From positions 496,001-560,000 of the forward strand of contig AP039692.1 in assembly GCA_051599415.1 (NCBI GenBank): a stretch of 64,000 nt of DNA, in the 5' to 3' direction. The notes under the pieces were generated by a model that searched no databases, was not told where the DNA came from, and worked only from the letters and a program-made list of their open reading frames with translations. This DNA comes from Savitreella phatthalungensis (taxonomy: Eukaryota). Positions within the stretch are counted from its first letter, which is position 1; each line of letters opens with the position of its first letter. Shown one piece after another: positions 58,101 through 64,000 of this stretch. The translations under genes and the position numbers were made by a program.

Positions 58101-61100
58101 GTACTGGTCGATCGAGGAGACCACAACCGATGGGATCTCGAGATCTTTGAAATCATCAGCTTGAGAGCCGCCACAGAGGATGGCTGCAGCCTCGGAATCT
58201 TCAAGGATGAATTGACGCCGATCGATCGGTGCACTGACGTCGAGGCAGCAGAATGGACTACCGATCTTGAGTACTGCGAGAATAGAGATAAATGCTTCGG
58301 GACACTTGTCAAAGCAGACACCGATAGGCTGCTTGGTAGGCAGGTCGAGCGTCTGTAGGTGTCCCGCGAGTCGCGACGCGGCCGCATCGAGCTCGCTGTA
58401 GGTCAGTGTGGATGACGGCTCATCGATGCTCCAAGCAAATTCAAGGGCAATTGCTTCGGGTGTTGCTTTTGCCCAATGTGCGACTGCATCGTGAAGAAGC
58501 ACGAAGTCTGGCTTCATGTCAGGCATACTTGCCGGAAGGACTGAGAGGAGATGGTCAGGCAGGTGCTGCTCGAGGTCGAGGATCTTGGAGTCGGCGTTTG
58601 AGAGTAGGGCGTTGACAATTGCTTCGTACTGATCGAGGAGCAGAGCGGCTTGATCCTCTGATATCTTAGTCAGCGTGTGGGTCAGTGACACTTGGAGCCG
58701 ATTGTCTTCTTCGCTCGGAAGGATCTCGATAGACAATGGGACTTCGACATTGGCGTAGTCCTGCACATGCTGCCACGGCATTTTTGAAGTTGGCGAGTCC
58801 CGCTTCTGGTAGACAAGAATCGAGTCAAAGAGACCTTGGACATCGAAGTCTGAAAATCTGCAGAACTGATGGTCCAGTGCATCGAGATATGTGGTATGAG
58901 ACTGTCGAATGGCTTGAGCACAAGTGTTTTCGAGGTTGTAGCTGAAGGGAATTGTGTTGGTACATGGTGTCCAGGCGGTGGCAAGACGATCGTCGAGCCG
59001 ACCTGACAGAACGAGGCCAAAAGTTCCTGCAGCTTCTCCCGCCAATGCACTCATCAGCTTGGCCCATGCTGTGATAAAGACGGGCTGAAGGTCGACATCA
59101 AGCCTCTGAGTGAGCTTCGTGAGGTCCGTCAGTGAATTTTGAAATTTCTTCGTCCGCTGTACAATCTCTTGGGTTGAGCTATGCGTGGTGCTGAGCGTGG
59201 GCACGGTGGTGGTTGCTGCACTCTTGAGTGCTGCTTTCCAGTGTTCTCGAGTCTTGCTTCGCTTATCATCAATCGTGTTGGCCAGGGTTCTCGCGCTTTC
59301 GAGCGTAGTATCTTTGTGGAGCGACTGGCCACAGTAAGCTTGCTGAACTTGGTGGAAGATGAACTGGAGAAGCTCAGCGTCGAAGATCGCATGATGAGCG
59401 CTGAAGAGGAATTGGCTATCTGCTAGCGATGTGAGCTGGAGCGATGGCTGTGAGATGTCGTTGAGGAGAGATGTGTTGAGGTGAGTGATCAACTGATCCA
59501 CAGGGAGATCAGAGGAGTGCCACACATCTTGACCCGGAGAGTGTGCTCCGAGAGCGTATTGGCAGTCAAGATCATCGACTTCAAGGATACCGCATCTGAG
59601 AAGCGCAAAATGGTCCACCACTGTCTGCCATGCTTTTTTGAGTTTACTAGGGTCTGTGGCATCATCGATCCGCATGAGCGAGTGGTTGTAGTAGTACTTG
59701 CCATCCGAGCTCAAGAATTGAGCGATCATGTTCTGCTGCACGACGGTACACGGCATGACGACGTCGTATGCTGGGAGTCGCCTCTTGAGATCTGCAATTG
59801 AGGCATCAAAAGCTGTTGTGTCTTGAGATGATGTGGCAGTTGTCGAGATGTTAGTCAGTCGCGATGCGAGTTTGGCTGGAGTCGCATGCCGCAGGATGTC
59901 AGTGACCGCGACTGTGTGGCCGTGAGACCGGAGTCGCTTCGCTACTTGGACTGCACGAATACTGTCGATGCCGATGGAAGCGAAAGACGCTCGTGCGTTG
60001 ATTCTGTCTGGGAACGCACCAGACACGTCTGACAGGACTTGAAGAATTGTTGGCATAAGCGATGAAGAGGCCTCGACTTCTGATGAGTAGCCAGAGTCGG
60101 CGGACGTCGACGTGGATTGAGTCGCTGCGGGAGATGAGCGATATATGTCAGCTAGACAACGCTTGTCGAGCTTGCCACTTGAGTTGAGTGGGATCTCTCG
60201 GAGTGCAAGGACCGTGTCAGGCATCATGTATGGCGGAAGGTAGCGTGATAACACTTGCTCTGCTTCTGCAGTGACGTCTTCAGGTGATGAGGTGCCTTTG
60301 CGCGCAACAAATGCTATGAGAGAGTCAACCTTGGTCTCTGCGTCGTGAACGACGATGGCTGCAGCGGCAGTAGTATGGGGGAGTTGACGCAGGTGATGAC
60401 TGATCTCATCGAGCTCGATGCGCTGCCCACGGAGCTTGATTTGGCCGTCTTTGCGATCGACGTACAGGAGACTGTGGTCAGGGGTCATACGACAGAGGTC
60501 GCCGGTGCGGTAGTAACGCACATTGTCGTACGTGAAGAACGCTTCGGATGTCTTCTTTTGGTCTCCGAGATATCCGTCGCTGAGCTGCGGTCCTGCAATG
60601 CAGAGTTCTCCAAGCTGCATGATTGCCAACGGAACGTCTGCTGCAGGGTCAAATATGGCAGCTTGCGCTGTGGGGAAAGCTGCACCAATTGCTGAAGAGC
60701 TTGCTTGTCGATTGACACGGCGGAGAGTACAGGCCATAGCTGCTTCAGTGGGACCGTACACATTGACGCAGCGTGATCCCCATGCGTCCATGACAGATTC
60801 TTTGAGGCGTTCACCGATGCAGAAGAGCATTGAAAGATCAGGTAGGTCGGCTTGGCTGATTGTGGCGGCGACAGACGGTGTGAGATCGACGTGCGTACAC
60901 TTGAGCTTCTGAAGGACGCCAGCGAGGTCCTCGAGCATGGACGCTTGCGGCGCGCTGCAGAGACAGAGACCAAACGACCATGAAATGAGGACGTCGTAGA
61001 TCGACATGTCGAATGTCGATGCGGCAAATTGCAGCCAACGAGATGAACCAGGTTTGTACCAGAGCAAGTCGCTCGATCCTTCGATAGCCGCTGCTGCAGC

Positions 61101-64000
61101 CCCATGAGACAAGACGACAGCCTTCGGAGTGCCGGTTGAGCCTGAGGTGAAAAGGATATACGCTGTGCTGGCCGAGGTCAGCTGTGGCGGACGTTTCAGT
61201 TCGGTATTGGCTCTTTGACCGGCGACATCATGGGAGATGTGCAGAACTTTGTACTGCTTGAAGGGCTCTGAGGGTGCTTCGACGTTAGTAAGGACGACCG
61301 CCGGATTTATTTGATTGAGAATGAGCTTGAGCCGCTCGTCCGGAGTGGCTGGATCCACGGGAATATAGATGGAGCCGTGAAGCCAGATGGCGAGCATGGC
61401 GATGTAGAATTCTGGTGACTTGGTCATTGCCACGAGACATCGCGATTGCGGCTGGAGAGACGTCAGACTGGATGCTGCAAAAATGCAAGCGGCGGCATGA
61501 AGTTCTGCGTAGGAGAGCGTCGTCCGCTTACCATCGTCGTGGAGGAAGTCAAGGGCTTGTGCTTCTGGACGAGTTTGAACATTCTTGAGGAACTCATCGA
61601 ACACAAACCTCTCCTTGTGAAGCTCGAGCGAAGGCGGTGGTCCGATGGCTGGCTGATGGACAGACGGCAGGACGTCAGTCTGCGAGAGCAGTTGTGATAA
61701 TATCTGATCGAAGACTTGACATACAGCCACACAAGCCTGCTGATCAAGGATATGCAGCTGTGTGGAGAGCTTGAGAAGTAGATTGTCTTGGGCGGGGCGT
61801 GGAACGACTTCGATCATCGCGCGATAGTTGGTGTCGCCTGCATCAGCGACGCTGAGTATGATTGAGTCGGCGGATCGGGCCTGCTCTGGCTTTTGAAGAA
61901 TCAAAATCGTGTCGAACGGTTGCTGACCAGGCTGAAGGCCGGAGGCGTGCCGGAGGACGGCAGAGAGCGGGAGATGTGGATTGTCCAGATGAGCGAGCGC
62001 GTCTTCGGCGATGGAGGTCGCTAGAGCTGCTGGAGTGAGGTCGGACTCAAGACGCACGCGGATGGGAAACACGTTGAACAATGGTGCTACCATTTCCTCA
62101 CTGCCAGAGACCTTGATTGTTCGACCTGAGACAATAGTGGCGAAACATACATCGGCCGCTTGCGTGAGATGTGCGAGGGTAGACGCCCACGCGAGCTTCA
62201 AGATGGTTTGAAGGTCAGTTCCCCTGCTCCTGATTTGGGCAGTGACTGTGTCAAGAGAAGACGCCAATACGTGTGAGTGAATGTATGTCTTGCGGTCGCG
62301 AGACTCGGAGATTGCAGGGAACGGTGAGGGCGTGAAGTTGTCAAAGTACGACGACCAGTGACCTGATGGTCTGTTGTGTTGACTCTCGAAGATGGTGCGG
62401 AAGACCGGCTCAAGAGCAGGTCTGTCAAGCTGGGCATCAGGGTCGTAGTAGAGCCTGTCGAGGTCATCGAGCAGCAGATCTAGAGACCAACCGTCGAAGA
62501 CGGCATGGTGAAGGGCGATATTGAGTTTGACGTTTGATTGTGATTGGAAGAGCGCGAAAACGACAGTCTGCTTTGCGAGGTCGATAGCTTTTGCAGCTTT
62601 CGCCTGAACGATCTCGAGCTCGGTGTTTTCTGAGATGTCAGCGTCAATCCAGACGGGCGTGGAGTCATGACGACAAATTTGAACATAGCTGATTAGATCG
62701 TGCTGTAGGCTTGCGAAGACGGTGCGTAGCATTGGTGTTTGTTCGACAAGAACTGCAACCGCGTGACGCAGTCTGGAGACATTGACGTCGTTGCACAGGG
62801 TGAGGATAGCATGCTCAACATATGAGCACTCGCCATCACGCTGCGATTCGAGCAGGATGCCCTCTTGGAGGGGTGTGCACGGTAGGATGTGCTGAGCATC
62901 TTCCACATTCAGCTCTCCGAGGATATCCTGCCGCTGACTATCGATAGCTTTGGTGAAGTTGTCCCAGGCCGAGCTATCGCTGGCTTGCATCGCTGAAGAG
63001 TCTTGGTCATCGGTCGGGTTCAGAGACTTTGCGATGGCATCGGCAGATTGGAGTCTAACGAGGTGGGATACTGGCCGTTCACCCAGTCCCGCGCTTTTCA
63101 GTCGAGCGCTGAGTTTGATGGCAGAGATAGAGTCTAGGCCGAGATCTCTGAGTGTCGTGGTCGGAGTCAGGGTGCCGGGATCGACACTCGCCACTTCTGC
63201 AATCACTTCAGCTACTTTGCGCGATTGATCCGTCCAATCTGATGGCGATGAGCTGCCGTTGAGCGTAGAACTTGAAGACGATGACGTTGCTTGTGCTAAG
63301 AGCTCCTTGAGCTTGCGTTCGTCCAGTTTGAAAGAAGACGTGTGCGGGGTCGGTTCGTCTAGGACGACGATTCGCGCAGGCTGCATGTACTCAGGAAGGG
63401 CATGTCTGAGCTTAGCTTCGCATGTCTGTGAAGTCACGGTTTCCCCGTGGACGAAAGCATAGAGAGCACCTTCGTGCATGATGGTGGCGGCATCCGTGAC
63501 TGCATCAATCTTTCGAAGTGTCGACGAGATTTCACCGAGCTCGATCCGGTGGCCACGAATTTTGACCTGACTATCCTTGCGGTGAGAGTAGAGCATCTCA
63601 CCATCAGGCAGAAGACGAATATAGTCTCCTGAGCGGTAAATACGACCGAACATCTCGTGGGAGACGAAAGCGGCGTCCGTCTTGGCATCGTCGTGGAGAT
63701 AGCCTTGGATGACTTGGGAGCCGCCGATCCAGCAATCGCCAACAGCTAGTAATGGCAGCGGCGCTTGATCATCGTTGAGGACAAAGACAGTGGTTGTGTC
63801 GAGAGGCGGACCGAGTGACGGAGGATGCATTTTTGACGACGTGATGTGCTTGAGATTGCAGACGTTGGTCGTCTCTGTGGGGCCATATCCTTCGAAGAGC
63901 TGGCAAGAATCACCAAAGGTGGCAAAGATTGCTGGGGTTGCAGCTTCGCCTGCGATGACGATGGATTTGACCGATGGAATTGCATCTGCTGATTTTACGA
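52185..64000 (-). CDS. Ferrichrome/ferricrocin-type siderophore NRPS (SidC/NPS2/Sib1 family), 5'-truncated
   Basis: Frame stays open to the window edge (..IVIAGE..EGYGPTETTN..). Visible order is A(partial)-T-C-A-T-C-A-T-C-T-C-T-C, with five G(L/I/F)DS carrier motifs, five HHAxxD condensation motifs and two TSGSTGxPK P-loops. The terminal T-C-T-C is typical of ferrichrome synthetases. Confidence 0.93.
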   Translation of the reverse strand, partial: VKSADAIPSVKSIVIAGEAATPAIFATFGDSCQLFEGYGPTETTNVCNLKHITSSKMHPPSLGPPLDTTTVFVLNDDQAPLPLLAVGDCWIGGSQVIQGYLHDDAKTDAAFVSHEMFGRIYRSGDYIRLLPDGEMLYSHRKDSQVKIRGHRIELGEISSTLRKIDAVTDAATIMHEGALYAFVHGETVTSQTCEAKLRHALPEYMQPARIVVLDEPTPHTSSFKLDERKLKELLAQATSSSSSSTLNGSSSPSDWTDQSRKVAEVIAEVASVDPGTLTPTTTLRDLGLDSISAIKLSARLKSAGLGERPVSHLVRLQSADAIAKSLNPTDDQDSSAMQASDSSAWDNFTKAIDSQRQDILGELNVEDAQHILPCTPLQEGILLESQRDGECSYVEHAILTLCNDVNVSRLRHAVAVLVEQTPMLRTVFASLQHDLISYVQICRHDSTPVWIDADISENTELEIVQAKAAKAIDLAKQTVVFALFQSQSNVKLNIALHHAVFDGWSLDLLLDDLDRLYYDPDAQLDRPALEPVFRTIFESQHNRPSGHWSSYFDNFTPSPFPAISESRDRKTYIHSHVLASSLDTVTAQIRSRGTDLQTILKLAWASTLAHLTQAADVCFATIVSGRTIKVSGSEEMVAPLFNVFPIRVRLESDLTPAALATSIAEDALAHLDNPHLPLSAVLRHASGLQPGQQPFDTILILQKPEQARSADSIILSVADAGDTNYRAMIEVVPRPAQDNLLLKLSTQLHILDQQACVAVCQVFDQILSQLLSQTDVLPSVHQPAIGPPPSLELHKERFVFDEFLKNVQTRPEAQALDFLHDDGKRTTLSYAELHAAACIFAASSLTSLQPQSRCLVAMTKSPEFYIAMLAIWLHGSIYIPVDPATPDERLKLILNQINPAVVLTNVEAPSEPFKQYKVLHISHDVAGQRANTELKRPPQLTSASTAYILFTSGSTGTPKAVVLSHGAAAAAIEGSSDLLWYKPGSSRWLQFAASTFDMSIYDVLISWSFGLCLCSAPQASMLEDLAGVLQKLKCTHVDLTPSVAATISQADLPDLSMLFCIGERLKESVMDAWGSRCVNVYGPTEAAMACTLRRVNRQASSSAIGAAFPTAQAAIFDPAADVPLAIMQLGELCIAGPQLSDGYLGDQKKTSEAFFTYDNVRYYRTGDLCRMTPDHSLLYVDRKDGQIKLRGQRIELDEISHHLRQLPHTTAAAAIVVHDAETKVDSLIAFVARKGTSSPEDVTAEAEQVLSRYLPPYMMPDTVLALREIPLNSSGKLDKRCLADIYRSSPAATQSTSTSADSGYSSEVEASSSLMPTILQVLSDVSGAFPDRINARASFASIGIDSIRAVQVAKRLRSHGHTVAVTDILRHATPAKLASRLTNISTTATSSQDTTAFDASIADLKRRLPAYDVVMPCTVVQQNMIAQFLSSDGKYYYNHSLMRIDDATDPSKLKKAWQTVVDHFALLRCGILEVDDLDCQYALGAHSPGQDVWHSSDLPVDQLITHLNTSLLNDISQPSLQLTSLADSQFLFSAHHAIFDAELLQFIFHQVQQAYCGQSLHKDTTLESARTLANTIDDKRSKTREHWKAALKSAATTTVPTLSTTHSSTQEIVQRTKKFQNSLTDLTKLTQRLDVDLQPVFITAWAKLMSALAGEAAGTFGLVLSGRLDDRLATAWTPCTNTIPFSYNLENTCAQAIRQSHTTYLDALDHQFCRFSDFDVQGLFDSILVYQKRDSPTSKMPWQHVQDYANVEVPLSIEILPSEEDNRLQVSLTHTLTKISEDQAALLLDQYEAIVNALLSNADSKILDLEQHLPDHLLSVLPASMPDMKPDFVLLHDAVAHWAKATPEAIALEFAWSIDEPSSTLTYSELDAAASRLAGHLQTLDLPTKQPIGVCFDKCPEAFISILAVLKIGSPFCCLDVSAPIDRRQFILEDSEAAAILCGGSQADDFKDLEIPSVVVSSIDQYDSPYTPPSIDEADLAYVLYTSGSTGRPKGCCLTHRNAVEAMKAFEYEFCGQFDKDSRFLAFASFHFDVAVLEQFFSYTIGFRVCAAPKDVVLSDIPGIISKFAITHLDLTPQLAATLTREEAPTLRVFITGGEMLRREIVDEWGDTDVLFNFYGPTELTIGCTAAKQVPHDMRPSIIGPCWPNCSSVVRKTLGDSSMPAIRGGLGELIVGGPQVARGYMNLEKQTKERFTYDELLKSRVYHTGDLVRLLEQGPHSYDFAGRSDSQVKIRGQRIETGEIDHVIRQAADNLKHVFTTVLNHHKTKKDQLVTFIVEKESSGGLEIVRGKDDLTANLLDACKRRLPVYMLPSHILVVNRVPLTPNNKVDVKELGRVFSELDDTSGGASDASGAQDATPADPHVVDAVIQTVARLKRLDPREVNSSASIFELGFDSISVVSLVRAFAKAGLPSVGVATVMAASTIQAIAGSLSDPQKTISQSPKNDMAAFADKHRSSAAEALDINAADIEHLFPCAPLMEGLVVESLQQKSGKVNCNSFQFTVDNLDRGKLLSAFDILIEHHPILRSRFVLTSQGIAHVIVRPGIKASNAKSDYPLNQSLVELSLDDSRATFTAHHAIYDGQSLGVLLLDLERLYKGQKASSQAPIQTVVQHVLDGASPEFAEHWKTSSQDSRIVTLTGKQSGQARSSEQLADRLQSLANDLQCTPIAILSAAWALTLQASFQTTSLYAIVLSGRTQPIEDIELATYPTFNTLPTSLSVEQGDTAAKLIQRAAKNYTDLVQRQHTPLRAIKTALGLAARKRLVDTIISYQPAAAETLDCFNLIDQPAQNSGFGIALDVTANKDTLDLLVKTERCSSSPVVILEAFKTVLQGLLDKRDPGDILHDLSPSVIEHETASLSIADRQGQGQISGESSLGVTGTLVMKIVRKIARLDGEHRSSGDETFAALGLDSVDLIRLSAALKKQNIRVSVDELMQHDSVAAIERHLDDDRDTSDQTFDEDWNTYLTSLDQNVRRSHDIPTDVVNILPVAPAQQGMLIEVDLADEQGAYLNHALYKLEGDVDLTVLEKAWEQLVADNEILRTTFLKLSDNDQTFVQLVHKKISPIVRQTTDQDVEEVYSQWQSDRKSSRQPFEVLLLEGKKSSYMALSIHHALYDGVSLDMLLTDLSDLVRGNNVEPRRTLVPLLRHLHAQNRSSATYFWNTQLSGSAPSRLPSAGGEAIKAVTASSIDIDTLRDVSRQLKVTQQALLQVAYSQVLMQIYQQQDLIFGLVLAGRNFAAEADSILGPCMNTVPVRVSTASLQRPTFDQLAQQLHEWTTALSPYVHTPLRQIQKQLKSGPLFDALFIFMTAREAASATQLSWTTVKEDSSTEFPLALECSIADGVLHYTTAVRKDVLPSGIDIADAMDTTLRRILKQPNAEIDLPAKSQRAQNTTASERHIRIVKEAVAIVANVPQSKLNDDTNIFEVGLDSISAIALNKRLRKHGLKLSVAQILRAPTIEGIAAVRGGETSSSPASQSFTADSELLIRTSKQLGLTEDALSFVAPVLPAQAYFHAAHRATNGARFLSNFTLDVPKILSSETVEARWQELVDTTDILRTAFTTVSGQHLQYCMKKAPNARVQTYESQEYLSTAISAFIDSRQFLIPEEQPQARLTHIIAQDGRQLVLTIHHALYDALSLQQIEQALNGEHQKHDESLFQLASSIHHQQEGIQANWRHYLGDVTPFHLEEAEAGDDHQFDLHSTGYENARDATIVQARAKRLGVSAQSIYLAAIGSIILTKSADRATKKFTLGTYLAGRSLPIDGADSINAPTVNIVPLVVDLSDGIEACAKQIHQKITSLQGSLDAAVRVDQLHQSLNDFDDGGLIDVCVNILPVRSSDDKNAALKSVSFSSTLAPQHINQIRRAYKDISSSANTSKDLFVKPQLDIEVGVVTQSDGSAFVDIGVFGRRSCLGASEDLAKAAAQQLISDIWQAAIGKQLK

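Overview
Gene-dense, intron-poor fungal chromosome segment. RPB1 motifs resemble fission-yeast Rpb1 and the short introns are GTAAGY..CTRAC..YAG, which suggests a Taphrinomycotina-like ascomycete (inference). About 22 protein-coding genes. Housekeeping or regulatory genes: a Psh1-like RING ligase, PHO81, COA1, UPS2, a WSC sensor, SWD1, RPB1, ADI1, a TEA/ATTS factor, a Zn2Cys6 factor, SDH4, MAS1 and CCC2. Three orphan ORFs lie at 19-24.5 kb, one built from a duplicated ~70-aa unit. The right end carries an HMT1/ABCB6-type half ABC transporter and a ferrichrome-type siderophore NRPS truncated by the window edge. Two signals stand out. (1) A MysB-like O-methyltransferase fused to an SDR oxidoreductase (26222-27901) has the architecture of the gadusol (UV sunscreen) MT-Ox enzyme, with a dense GATC array in its promoter and no cyclitol synthase partner nearby. 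(2) A tandem trio of secreted proteins (44.3-48.8 kb) shares an unrecognised 4-Cys domain and sits between Cu, metal and siderophore genes. No tRNA, rRNA, transposon or CRISPR could be supported.
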